Positions 1 to 12,361 are shown, counted from the stretch's first letter. The stretch is DNA of 64,000 bases from Balamuthia mandrillaris (GCA_031835245.2 JAVKOQ020000013.1:186001-250000); one strand, 5' to 3'. Made by a program: numbers and translations. Notes: generated from the sequence alone by a model not told the origin.

Positions 1-1985
1 CTGATAGATAGGAAGTGCTGGTTGGAGCACATGATGCTCAACAGGACTACTGGCTTGGACCCAGAGGGCATTAAGCTGCGAGCAGCTCTGGGCTTGGGTG
101 CTGCCGACTATCTCTTCCCAGGTCTCTCTCTCTCTCTCTCCCTCCCTCCCTCCCTATCCCTCTCTCTCACCCTTTGTTTGCAGGATATTGGGTATGGGGT
201 AAGCTGATTGAGAACCTAGCGGACATTGGCTATGATCCAAACAACTTGTTTATGGCGGGATATGATTGGCGGCTCTCCTACCATTCACTCGAAGTTAGAG
301 ATCGTTTCTTTACGAAGCTGAAATTGCAAATAGAGCACATCAAGGAAACCAACAACGGGAAAAAAGTGGTGGTCATGGCTCACAGCATGGGCACTAATGT
401 CTTCTTTTACTTTATGAAGTGGGTAGAAGCTCCTTATCATACTAAAGAAGGTATTTCTCTTTTCTCTTTCATTTGTTTGTCTTTTTCTTGTTCTGTTTCG
501 TGCCTGACATATGAATGATGGATAAAGCCTCCTCAGGTCAGCAATGGGCAAGTGGTGGCGGAGGAGGTCCCAGCTGGGTCAACGACCACATCCACACGTT
601 TGTCAACTTGGCAGGTCCTCTATTGGGAGTTGGCAAGTCCCTGACCTCCTTGCTCTCCGGAGAGATGAGAGACACGGCTCAATTTGGGGCGTTGGACTCT
701 TACATAGTAGACACCATCTTCACCAAGCAAGAGCGCGCGTTGCTGTTTCGTTCTTGGGGTAGCGTGGCTTCCATGTTGTTAAAGGGGGGCAAGCACATTT
801 GGGGTAACGCCACTAGCTCTCCCGACGAGGTTCCTTTCGGCGGTTACACATTAATGTTCGCGGATGAGAGAACTGAAGAGGAAAAGGAGAATGAAAAGGA
901 ATTAGGCGGAAAGGACCAAAAGGCGGAATCGAGTGGAGGTGTTGGTTCCGAAAGAGCTTCACAGTTGGGCAAAAGAGTGGCGGAGAAAAATAACCAGCAG
1001 GTGCTGAAACATCTTCCCAACATGACCGCCGACGAAAGCCTGTCATTCCTCTTCGAAGCAGCCAACGACGAGGCCCTCTCCCACTACGTCAATAAGGTGT
1101 ACAGCTTCGGCGTCGAGGCCAGGCACGAAGTGCTTTTCTCAGAGGAACACAGGAAAGAATCTCGTTATTGGAGCAATCCTTTGGAGACAACACTACCCTT
1201 TGCTCCTGACATGAAGATTTTTTGTCTTTATGGCTACGGCAAAGATACGGAGAGAGCTTACTTCTACAAACGAGCAGAAGAAACAGTGAAAGATATGGAA
1301 GAGTCGGAAAGAGAGAAGGAAAGAAACCTCCAAGAGCTTCAGTGCATGAAAACAAAGGAACGAGGCCTGTTGCAGCGATTGGATGATGCTGTGATGGGCT
1401 CGGAACTTATGAGTCAGTTATTTTGGTGGAAAGCTGGAGCGAATTCTTCCTCCGAAGATAATACCTACTCTTCTTCGTTGCCCGTGTGCAGCATTCAAGA
1501 TTACAACACTTCGAGGTCTTCTTCTCCTTTCTACAGTGATATGACTACGGACAGCCCCTCCACATTTGCTTCAGATTCCACTCACAAAAAGCAGGATACA
1601 AGAAGCAGAAAAGAGATAAAGAACATCGTAGATGAAAGCACTATCAAGTATCGCTTAGATAACTCCATCAGCGACACAAGCAAAGGATTGGCTTATGGTG
1701 TTGTTAATGGACCTGGTATTGCTTTCCTCTTCCTTCTCCTCTCTTCTCCTCTCTCCTCTCTCTCTCTCTCTCTTTGAGACAGTGAAATGCTTACAATCAA
1801 AAAAATACTTAAAAAACAAAGGGGATGGTACGGTACCATTGATGAGCTTGGGTTACATGTGCGTGGAAGGATGGACCAACCAACAGTACGGCTTTAACCC
1901 CAGTAACATTCCTGTCATTACTCGCGAGTATGAACACAAACCCCTTTCGATCGTTCAAGGTTCTCGGATTCTCATTCCCTCCCTA

Positions 1986-2016
<31 letters not shown>

Positions 2017-2588
2017 CTCAAAGAATGAACTGCTAAATAAAACAAAAAAAAGATGTGAGAGGCGGTCCGTCAACAGCAGACCATGTGGACGTTCTTGGAA
2101 ATCATCAACTCATCGCAGATTTGTTGGCAGTGGCCTCTGGCAACGAGGATCAAGTCGAACAGGTCATCTACTCGCCGATCGAGCGGTACGCCCGACGAGT
2201 TCATTTGGTGGATGACCCTGAAGACGAAGAGACAAAGGATGAGGTCATAACTCCCTCCACAACATCAGCACAAAATACAACAAAGGAAGCAACCACGAAA
2301 GGAAAAGAACAAGCCAAACAACAGCAGGCGAAACAAGCGCAACCAAAACAATCGGAAAAAGTAAAGAAACAAGAAGGGAACGAAGAAAAACACAACAAAG
2401 CGGCACAACAAGAAAACAAAGAAGCTGCACCAAAGCAAGCAGAAAAAGAACAACAGCAGGGACAAAAACAACAACAACACGAAGCAGGAGATGGAGAAAA
2501 GCTGAAGAACAACGAGACCAAGAAAGATCAACAGACAGGCGAACAAGCAAACGAGCAACCACCTACAGCAGAAGCACCGACAAAATGA
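1..2588 (+). CDS. Phospholipid:diacylglycerol acyltransferase (PDAT/Lro1, LCAT family); 5' end lies outside the window; 4 GT-AG introns visible
   Basis: Spliced translation shows GYWVWGKLIENLADIGY, AGYDWRLS, the lipase nucleophile elbow AHSMG, LLSGEMRDTAQ, WSNPLET, IFCLYGYGKDTERAY, GDGTVPLMSLGYMC and ADHVDVLGN; stop at 2586-2588. Confidence 0.93.
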
Positions 2589-2787
2589 AACTCGATCCTT
2601 CTCCATCAGAAAAAAAACACTCTTTTAACGGGTCGAATCATCAGAAGTGCGTCTAGACGCTCGAGGAGAAATGTTACAACAGCAAAAGGCAGGCAAAAGC
2701 TGCATGGAGGAGCACAAAAATAACAAGCAACTCTGCGCAGTTTTAAAACTCTTTCATTGCTCTTTGGTCAGACTTCAAAACGCTTGT

Positions 2788-3393
2788 TTAATCAGCACAA
2801 CAGGCCAGACTGTGACGCTCGTCGCATCCGCAGAGTGTGGGAAGCACGGGACCGCCAACGATATGCTTGAGGCACACCGACAAGTCCGAAGCCTGCGCCG
2901 AAGTGAAGCCCCAACAGTCGTTTGCTCTATCATTATTATAACACAAAACGTAAATTAAAAAATAAAAGAAAGAAAGAAAGAAAGAGAGAAACGGTACTGG
3001 GTGCTGGTGCTGGCGGAAGTGGACAGGTCAACGTAGCGGACGCCTTTGCCAAACTTGAAGATGTTAAGGGACTCCACTTGGGCGACGATGGCCATTTCGT
3101 GGGCGGTGCAGACGTGGGTGTTGGGGAACTCCGCAATGCATGCCTGTCTCGCGTCGTCTAATCGTTTGGAGTTCCGAGAGAAGGGGGTGAGGAAAATGCG
3201 GTTATTTTCAAACGTACGAGCGAGGGAGGGGGATAGTACCGTAGCCGTTCTTGTCGTGGTAGATGGCGACCATAGAGCCGTTGTAGTGGTTGGAGGTAAC
3301 GCCGATCAAAGAGACCGCTCCCACCGCTGGAGTTTGAGCCAAGAGCATTACTCCGGAGAGGGCCAAAGCCAGCACAGCCACAATAGGATGCAT
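2788..3393 (-). CDS. Small secreted cysteine-rich protein (3 exons), possibly DUF1554/C-type-lectin-like fold
   Basis: Signal peptide MHPIVAVLALALSGVMLLAQ; spliced exons read ..ARQACIAEFPNTHVCTAHEM..ANDCWGFTS..CGCDERHSLACCAD*; the fold guess rests on Cys spacing only. Confidence 0.6.
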
Positions 3394-3664
3394 GGGTTGT
3401 GTAGTGTGGTAGTCGTATAGCAGTTGTAGTGTAGGTGCTGTGAGCAGAATAGAAAAGAAACAAAAATAGTAGGATAAACTGGATGTCGTCGCGTTCGGCG
3501 GTGGTTGCTATAATGGTCGCGTTAATTAACCTCATATAGGAAAGGATAATGATTAATATCCCCTCGGGAGGCAAATTCAAATCCTCCGAATTTTCAAACA
3601 AATCTCTTTGAAATTCCCAGGTGTCGACGTTAATTAAGAAAAAAACAGCCAAGAAGAGAAAACA

Positions 3665-4627
3665 ATGTCCACCTATGGTGGGGACTCGTTTGTGCCGGAG
3701 GCCATCCAACGCGACAAACGTGTATGTCCTTGTTGTTGTTCATGTTCTTCTTCTTCTTCTTCTTCTTCTTCTTTTTCTCCTCCTTCTTTTTCTTCTTCTC
3801 TTCTCCTTCTCTTTCTTCTTCTTTTTCTTCTCTTCTCCTCCTTCTCTTTCTTCTCCTTCTTCTTTTACTGCTGCTGGTTCTTCTTCTTTGTTCTTCTTCG
3901 TTCTTCCATCTTTCATTTTTGACGAAGAGATTATCCCTTTGGCAATGTTTGCCACAGGTAAAAGACTTGTTTAGGGGAGAGCTCAGCAAACATAACAAAG
4001 GAGAGGTCAGAAAAGACAGAAACGGGCGATACGTTTGTTTGGTGTGCCCCACCAACCCACTGTTGGACACGATGGCCATGTTCTACATCCATCAAAAGGG
4101 GAGGAAGCACCAGGAGGCGCGACGACAGAAGCTTCTAAAGAACAAGCAGCAGCAGCAACAAGTGCCGGAAGAACGAAAAAGAAGACAAAGTCACAAACGG
4201 ACAAAGCAAGAAGAAGGAAATGAAGAAGGAGGAGGAGAAGGAGAGCAAACGAAGCAAAGCACAAAAACGACCACGACAACCAAACGACAAAGGATAACAG
4301 GAGAACAAAGCAGTAGCAGCAATAGGAATAGCATGCACAGTATCAGACCAAACGAAGAGCTGGCGATGGCCATCAAACCAGACGAACTACTTGAGGTAGA
4401 GCGGAGAAGGGGTGCGTACTTTGAGATGCTTCGGCAAAAAGGATGGATCAGGTAAGGCATGCTCCCTCTCACGTCTGCTTCGAACCCTTCTCTCAACGGA
4501 AACAACACATAAAAGACAGGAGGATGGCAGCTTATACCAAGACCCAGAAGCTGAGTTCGAATCAGACGAGGAGCCTCCATCTCCACCACCAGAGCTTGCC
4601 TTGACGGTTTCTTCTCTTCCTCACTAA
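3665..4627 (+). CDS. SCNM1: Sodium channel modifier 1 (SCNM1) homolog, minor-spliceosome zinc-finger protein; 2 introns
   Basis: zf-SCNM1-type motif GRYVCLVCPTNPLLDTMAMFYIHQKGRKH and acidic C-terminal motif GWIRQEDGSLYQDPEAEFESDEEPP. Confidence 0.85.
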
Positions 4628-4656
4628 AACTCCTTTACCAAAATATTCCGTAGACT

Positions 4657-5866
4657 TTAAAGACCAAAAAGGAGCACCAAACAACAGGAACGAAGGAGGC
4701 CTGGGCTATAGTCCTATTTCACGGGCGAGCTGACCATCAAGCAGCAAAAAGAAGAGAAGAAGAATAAAAAGAACAAGAAGAAGGACAAGAAGAACAAGAA
4801 GAGCAAGAAGAACAAGAAGAACAAGAAGAAGAACAAGAAGAACAAGAAGAACAAGAAGAAGCAGAAGAAGAAAAAGAAGAAGAACAACAACAACAAGAAG
4901 AAGAAGGACAAGAACAACAACAAGAAGAAGAACAAGAACAAGAACAAGAACAAGAACAAGAACAAGAACAAGAACAAGAACAAGAACAAGAACAAGAACA
5001 AGAACAACAACAAGAAGGAAGAAAAGAATACAAGACGAAGACAAGAACTACAACTTTGTGGAAAAAATAAGAGATAACTTACATCTAAAACGTAATAATA
5101 CAACAAATGGGATAGCTCATCTTGTCGCTTGGGAATGGGATCAACATTCAGGATATAGTCTAGCGCCGAACTCAACAGCAGGATGGCCCACAGAGGTGCT
5201 CCTTGCTGAACGCACATCTCATAGGTCCTCTTAGTTAGGTTGTTTTTCGTTTGGTTGAGTGTTGCAACTTCTCTCTCTCCATTTTGAAGGACGTGCAAGA
5301 CGTCAGTCTGGCTGGAGGCTGCCTCAATGCGCAGGTTGCTTTCGCCAAAGTCCTTGAAGAACCCCACTTCAGCAGCATATGATCCACCACAACCCTTCAC
5401 TGCTGTTACCTTTTAATGAAGACCAGCTGGGTTAGCTTCTGCATATTGCCATCAAGAATAACATTGCAACGTACGTGAATAGTGGCACAAGGTTGCCCAG
5501 CCTTCCCTCCCAGAGTGACATTCCATTCCCAGGATGTCCTTGTGCTGCTCCAGGCGTCTTCATGCCAGTTGGAGGCAACGCTCTTTGCATATGCCAAGCA
5601 AGTATTTTTCTTTTTAGAGGCGTCCAGCAGCTCAAAATGTGGAACGAGACTTGTGAGGCTGTGAGATCTCACGGAGTAGATCTTTTCATCATCGAGGTAT
5701 GCCTCCCTGGGAGAATGCAGCCCGTATCTGTCCCTTCAGCAAAGAGTTAGCTCATTACAACCAAGCAAAAGCACATGAACCACCAGGGAACCTACCTAAG
5801 GAGCAGTGTTTGGTTTGTCGCTGCATTGAGACAAAAGTCTGGAAGTATGGCATAACCATTGGCCAT
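4657..5866 (-). CDS. LURP-one/Tubby-C-like (scramblase-fold) protein; last exon uncertain
   Basis: Hand-spliced from ATG at 5866 through GT-AG introns; C-terminal TYEMCVQQGAPLWAILLLSSALD resembles the Y-x-L-x-V-x-x-G..D terminal helix of the LOR/Tub_2 family. Confidence 0.5.
4740..5050. repeat. (GAA/CAA/GAACAA)n low-complexity tract inside an intron of the minus-strand gene
   Basis: Tandem simple repeats read directly. Confidence 0.9.
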
Positions 5867-6291
5867 TTTGTCGTGGTTCTTGTTGTTGTTCGCAAAAAAA
5901 AAAACCACTGTTTATCCAATCTAAGTATGTTTGGGGGAGTTTTCAGAGCAACGCAAGTTATATCCCTTTTAAAAAGAGAGAGAAAATACGATTCGTCAAA
6001 AATTCACCAAGGCATCTGTTTGCGGTCAAAGAATTTCTTGGAAGAATACACGTGCTGGGCGAGAGATCATCAAGGCAAGAAATCAATCAGCATATCAAAA
6101 ATCAAAACATGTTTGATAAAATCTACCAATCAACAATCAAACGTGTAAATAGATCGATCTTCCAGATCGGATATATCCGGCTGTATAGGTTTTTATTAAT
6201 AAAAGGAACAAGAAGAGAGAAAACTTTGAAAGAACAGAGAGGCATAGAAGCAAAGAAGAAGAAACAAAAAAAAAACAAAAAAAAAACCAAG

Positions 6292-6921
6292 ATGGAACAG
6301 GAGCGAGCCATTTGGTTGCTATTCCGGTTGTTGGACACGGGCCTGCGCCTCCACGAGGGCAACGAGGAGGACGCGGTGGAGCTCTGCTCCAAACAGCTCC
6401 GGCTGTACGCCGGGCGGCACACCGACTGGCAGAAGTACAGCTTCTTCAGCGACCTCCACTATACCCGCAACCTCATCGACGACAACGACATGCTGGAGAT
6501 GATGGTGCTCTGCTGGGCTCCCGGTCAGGTCTCCCGCATCCACGACCATGCCGACTCGCACTGCTTCATGGTCTGCCTGCAGGGCAGCGTCATGGAGAAG
6601 CGCTACTCCAAGGTGGCCGCCACCGAGGACGAGCACAGGCTCATCAACGAGGAGGACGAGCCCACCCCCGTGCCTGGCTCCTGCCCAGAGCTCAAGTTCC
6701 TGGGGGAGACCAAGTTGGAGGCCGGCGGAGAGGCCGTCCACATCCACAACAGGCTCTGGGTGCACTCGGTCGGGAACTACTCGGAGGAGCCGGCCATCAC
6801 CCTGCACATCTACTCGCCGCCCATCAAGAGGGTCAAGATATTTGACATGGATAGCAACCAGGTCATCGCGAGAACGCCTGGCTTCTTCTCGGTGCATGGA
6901 AGGAAGACGGGCAAGTCCTAA
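6292..6921 (+). CDS. CDO1: Cysteine dioxygenase type I, intronless
   Basis: YTRNLI, LCWAPGQVSRIHDHADSHCF (His-His iron ligands and crosslink Cys), WVHSV (third His), LHIYSPP (crosslink Tyr). Confidence 0.93.
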   Translation: MEQERAIWLLFRLLDTGLRLHEGNEEDAVELCSKQLRLYAGRHTDWQKYSFFSDLHYTRNLIDDNDMLEMMVLCWAPGQVSRIHDHADSHCFMVCLQGSVMEKRYSKVAATEDEHRLINEEDEPTPVPGSCPELKFLGETKLEAGGEAVHIHNRLWVHSVGNYSEEPAITLHIYSPPIKRVKIFDMDSNQVIARTPGFFSVHGRKTGKS

Positions 6922-6990
6922 ACTACTGCACATACATCATAACCTCTATATATAGCAAACAAAGCAAAAATATGACTTGTTTACTATCAT

Positions 6991-8560
6991 TTATTTGGAG
7001 TTGCTGATACGTTGGCCCAAGCCTTTGCTTTGGGCTGCCTTTAGAGCTGCTTGTGCCACTGCTATATCCTGAGAGGCACTGCCCACACTCTTGAACAAAG
7101 TGATATCTTTCTCCGACGTTCGAACCTGAAGGATGTGTTGGCAAAGTGAAAAAACAAAAAAAAACAACATGTAAGAAAGAATGGAGAGGGAAATGTTTGA
7201 AACAAGATGGAGAACTGCAAACAAACGCCAACGAACAACCTGTACCTGGATATCACCAGCCAGGGCAGCACCAAGAGCGCCCAAGACGTGTTCTTCCGTT
7301 ATGAGTCCTCGCTGGATGGGCACTATAACATCGCCAGCCTCCGCCAACACCGCCCCACGATCATCCGCCACCACCTTGGCCCGTTTTACCGTCTCCTCGT
7401 CCAACTCTTGCATGGAGGGCATGTAAGAACCGATGGCATTGATGTGAGCACCCTCCTTGAGCAGCTCTCCACGGAAGAGGGGAGTGCTGCTGTTGGTGGC
7501 CGCCACGATGATGTCAGCCTCACGCACAACCCTGTCCTGCTCTTCGCTCTGCCAGTCGACAGCTGTCCACTCGATGTCTGGGTGGGTCTCTTTCTTGAGG
7601 CGGATGAAGTGGTCGCAGAGCTGCTGTGCACGTTCGTTGGTTCGGTTGAGGATGTATACTTGGCGGAGGGATTGGCCGCGCACGCTTAGCATTGCTTCCA
7701 CGTGAGCTTTGGCTTGAAGTCCCGCTCCTTTTATGAAGGGAACAAGAAAGAGAGAAGGAAGCAGGAATGAAGAACGAATAAGCAAGAAGGAGGAGGCAAG
7801 AAACAACGACAGAAGGAGAAGAAAGAACGTACCAAACACGGCGAGAGTGGCAGCATCGCTTTTCGCCAAGAGGCGGGTGGCAGCGCCAGAAGCGGCAGCC
7901 GTCCTGATGGCAGTGAGATAAGTGGCTTGCATGATGGCCGCCGGCAAACCCGTCGCTTCATCCAACAACAAAACGGTGGCTGGGACCGTTGGTTGTCCTC
8001 TTTCAGCGTTCTTGGGTCGAACGCTCACTTTGAATACCCACAAAGGAAGTCACGGACAGAGCAACAATAACAGAATGGAATGTGAAGAGTGAGAACAAAA
8101 AAAAAAGAATGCCAGAAGACGGACCAAAGGAGAACGGAGAAGAGAGAGAGAGAGAGAGAGAGCACTAGAGAAGAGAAGGAGAGAAGGAGAGAAGTAAAGA
8201 GAGAGAGAAGCAGAGCAGAGAGAATGAGAGAAGGAAGGGTGAGAGAGTGAGAGAGTAGAGAGTAGGCAGTGAGGGGAACCTATTTTGAGGCCCAAGCCAG
8301 CCGTTTTGGCGAGGCGAGCGGGCATGAACAAGGAAACACCTTCTTCGTGAGGCACTGCGATGGACGTTCTCAAGGGAACCTTTGTTCATTCAAAAAAAAA
8401 ATCAAAAAGGGGCTTTTGGTCAGACCTGTAACGTCCTCCCTATAGAGCACAAAACCTGAGCTTGGCCGCGGTGGTCCTGAAGAAAAGCATCGCTCACAGC
8501 TTCTATGGCGTCCGCCACGTCCAACGCTCGCTCCACCTCCTCGTCGCCCAACACGTACAT
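6991..8560 (-). CDS. Ornithine cyclodeaminase / mu-crystallin (ketimine reductase) family; 4 introns
   Basis: LTAIRTAAASGAAT, Rossmann motif AVFG/AGLQA, ADIIVAATNS, HINAIGSYMP, ITLFKSVG; ATG at 8560 (MYVLGDEEVERALD). Confidence 0.92.
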
Positions 8561-9421
8561 GGTCCCTCTTTTCTTTCTTTCTTTCTTTTCTGTTTTAACT
8601 TTTTCTGTTCTGTTTTCCGTTTAATTTATTTTAAAATTGTTTGCATCTATATTGCTGCTGCTATAACAAAGTAGATGGTCTATTTCGTTATAGCAGCAAT
8701 TTTTGAATGTTCTCGGTTTCTCTTTGTTCTCACTTACCGTTCTTCGTGTCGTTTTTCCTCTTCTTGCTCTTTTTCTCTCTCTCCCATCTCTCCTTTCCTC
8801 TCGCCCTCTTCTCCGTTTCTTTGCTCAAGATGTTCGCTCCTCTTTCGGTTGTCGACGTGCTCCTCGCTAGTGAGAAGGTCAAGAAGGAGAACCCTACTGC
8901 AATCGCACGCTGATCTGTTGTCCGACATCCAAAGGCGTTGCGTGGCACCGTCACACATGAAGGTGGGCACCACCCCCCGGTGCTTCATTCCTCCTTCCGA
9001 GGAACTTTTGAAAACCACGCTATTCCCCGGTGGTGGATTCCTGCAGGTCCCTGTTTGTGGTTCATTTCTGTAGTAAAGCAACACAAAGAGTTAAATAAAC
9101 AGAGAGATATTACATTGCGATGTCTAATGAAGGTAACAGGTAATGCATTACAATAAACCTATAATGGCCATCGCCCATTGGCGGACCTGCATTCATTAGA
9201 GGTCCATAAAGTGTTACCTTTCAACTGATGATTACCTTAAGACCTCCAGCTGACCTATAACAAACGGTAAGTAGACTGAGTCCACTCTAGTGTAGTATTT
9301 TTTTTCTCCGTTTTCACTTTAGTTCAATAACTTTCTCTTATTTATTTTTATTTTTTTTTTCTTCTGGTAAAACTCACACAACACATAACAAAGCCTAAGC
9401 CTTACCAACAAAATAACAAAA

Positions 9422-10637
9422 ATGAACCGCACTGGCGTCTATTCCTTTGTACTTGTACTGCTGCTGGCGCTCTCCACCGCCTTCCTGCCCGTTCAGGGAG
9501 AGTTGGAGGGAGCCAAAGACTTTCCGGGCACCTTCCAAACCATCTTTGACCTCTTCAAGGGCCAGATCCTCTCCGCCATGGCCGAGGAGGCCTCTTCCAT
9601 GTCCTTTTCTCAGAGCGTCGCCGTTGGAAAGGTATACGTGACCTCCGTCAACTTTGCGGAGGCGACAATGACCCTCACGGAGGCCTCGCTCAAGGGCGGC
9701 GCCGTCCGGGTCTCTGTTGCTGTGGACGGCTTGAAGGTGATCGGCTATTTTGACCCATCCGGCAGTTTGGTTCCCAACCAGAACTTTAACCTGCCTGCCA
9801 ACTTTGGTACCATCCAACACCCAGATGACCTTTATTCATTTATATTTGTATTCATTTTTTGTACTATAATAATAGGCTATACTTTGGTGGTGGGAGTGGA
9901 GTACGCCCCTGCGCAGCTCCCTCCCTTCAACCTTAGCAGCAGCACCGGCGCGCTGAGCCTTGTCGTGACCGTAAGCGGCTACAACATCAACATTCCCCTC
10001 CCAGGCGGCGATGCCATCGCGGATTACGTGCTGCCTGACCTCGGAACCTTCTTGGCCGTCTTCATGAGCAAGCTGCACGTGGTGGAGATGGAGCTGGCCA
10101 CCCCGGAGGGAGAGCTCACCACCGACACCTTCTTGGAGCTGCTGGAGAATTACACCATGATCTCGGAGAGCCGGGTGGTCCTGGGCACTTTCGAGTTTAA
10201 CGATGACAGCGAGACCGGTAGTTCCACCTTTTTCACCTTCTGGGTGTTGGACGGTACCGAGAGTGGCACTGGCTCTGGTTTGTTTTCCTTTCTCTCCTAA
10301 TTGTTCTAGTTGGGTGAAAGCTTGGCTCTGAATGCCTTCCTCTCCTCATGCAACCTTCACTATAGGCAACAACAAGATGCTGGAGGTCTACAAGCAGTTC
10401 GAAGAGGAGGACGAACCTCACTTGGCCGACTATCCCGTCACCTACTTCAACCTGCAGTGCTGCGCCACCTGCGGCGACTGCAAGGCCGAGCCTGAAGACG
10501 GGACGGTCGAGGACGGAGAGGAGCCCGATGGTGAGGAGGACGGAGTGGAGGACAGCGACAGCGAGGAGGATAGCCAGGACGGTGTGACTGATGGTGATGG
10601 CAGCGCTGCTTCCTCTCTTTCCATGCTCTTCTTCTAA
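9422..10637 (+). CDS. Secreted/surface protein, tandem paralog 1, family unknown; introns 9807-9875 and about 10278-10365
   Basis: Signal peptide, GELEGAKDFPG, LLENYTMISESRVVLG, CCATCGDCKA, acidic linker and tail AASSLSMLFF*; strong similarity to 11158-12255. Confidence 0.8.
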
Positions 10638-11157
10638 AAGTATATTTAAAAAGTAAAAATAAGAACGTGTTTTTTTTTTGAGCCCTTGTTCTATATCTTT
10701 CCTCAACTTAACTTGACCAAAAGGTCAACTATCATTCTCTTCGCTCTCACTCTCTCTCCTCGTTCTTGTTTTTTTTTTTTTCATCTCTTGGACTTGTTTT
10801 TGTTCTTGTGCTCAGGTATGTTTGTTCTTTTGCTCCTTCTTGTTCTTCTTATTCTCGTTGTTGTTCTGGTTCTGGTTCTTTTTGTCACAAAAGGATCAAC
10901 CAAGGTCCCCCAGAAGGTAACCACCCCACAACAGCACCTGAGGCGGCTGCTCAGCCAAAAGAAGAACGCCGGCCACTTGGATCCAGCAGAACTAGAGTCT
11001 CCCTTCCTTCGGCATTACCCGCTCTGCCAATCAGCCGGTAACGCTATATTGAAAAGGAAAATGTTATATTAACATAAAGACAGCCTCGTGCTTCACCAAG
11101 CCGTTACGTTGGGTGCACGTGTAACGCAAACGGTAGAACAATAACAAAACGAACAGA

Positions 11158-12255
11158 ATGTACCGAGGCGGAGTTTGTTCTGCTGCTCTTTTGCTGCTCT
11201 TCGCGGTCTTCCCCGCCTTATTATGCCCCGCGCAAGGCCAAACCCCTGGCGAGTTGGAGGCGGCCAAGGACTTTCCAGGCAGCTTCCACACTCTCCTCGA
11301 CGCTGAGCACAAGGAGCAGGCCCTCGCCGCCATTGCGGCTGAGTCTGCCAACATCGACTGGCGCCACTACCTCCCCGAGCTGCTCACCATCGACTTTGCC
11401 GACTCGGGCTTGAGCCTCACGAACGCCTCCCTCCAGGGCGGAGCCATCACCGCCACACTGGTGGTAAGTGGTATGCTGGTCATATTCCAAGACGTGGAGG
11501 TGGACCCGGAGCCCGTCGAGATCCCTCACGACCAAGGTACCTTTCCAAGAGCCTTTGTGTGAGTTTTTTCTTGACTGTTTTCCAAACAGACTTTACGGTG
11601 GTGATCGGAGTGGAGTATGCCGCTTCGCAGCTTCCGTCGTTCAACCTCACCGACCTCAGCGGCCCTTTGACCTTTCCGATCAGCAAGAGTGTCCGTGTCC
11701 CTCTTCCTAAAGGCGAGCTTGTCGTGAAAAACATGCTCCCGGACCTGTTCGTCTTTTTGGACAAGTTCATGAGCAAGTTGCACGTGGTGGAGCTGGAGCT
11801 GGAAGGAGAGGTCACCCCCAACGTCCTGGTGATGTTGTTGGAAAACTACACGTTGGTCTCGGAGAGCAGGGTGGTCTTGGGCTCCCACGCGAACCTGACC
11901 GGAGGCTCCACTTTGTTCACCTTTTGGATCTTGGATGGCATTGCCAGTGGCTCTGGTTCTGGTTTGTTCAAAGTGGCTTCTCTATAACGTCGCTTTTTGT
12001 TGTCCTCTCTGTTCTCAAACAAACCCACACAAAACAGGAAATGCAAAGATGGTGGAATTGTACCAGCAATTCAACGAGGATGAAGAGCCTCACCTCGGCG
12101 AGTACCCTGTCAAGCACTTCGATGTGCAATGCTGCGCCACCTGCGGGGACTGCAAGGCCGGGCTCGAGCCCGTTGATGATGGGGAGAGTGGTTCTGATGG
12201 TTCGATGGATGGAGATGGCGGTGCCGCTTCCACACTGGCCATGCTTTTCTTTTGA
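11158..12255 (+). CDS. Secreted/surface protein, tandem paralog 2; 2 introns at the same positions as paralog 1
   Basis: Signal peptide, GELEAAKDFPG, LLENYTLVSESRVVLG, CCATCGDCKA, tail AASTLAMLFF*. Confidence 0.8.
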
Positions 12256-12361
12256 AAGCGTGCGAGTCCCAGGGATAGCGAATAAAGTCCTTTTCGGCAT
12301 CTTCGCTTTTTTCTTCTTATCAGTATTCCTCTGCCCTCAGAAAAAAGTGAAACAAATACGT

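Noticed and set aside
4706..5044. Poly-Leu/Val/Phe 'membrane protein' ORFs (also near 13000, 48500-49100 and 55500)
   Set aside because: Translations of intronic microsatellites
8700..9090. Short ORFs and splice-like signals between OCD and the secreted pair
   Set aside because: No recognisable domain or coherent gene model; may be a gene remnant
10690..11070. Intron-like segment plus a short exon-like frame between the tandem paralogs
   Set aside because: No start or homology found; cannot be linked to paralog 1 in a supportable way
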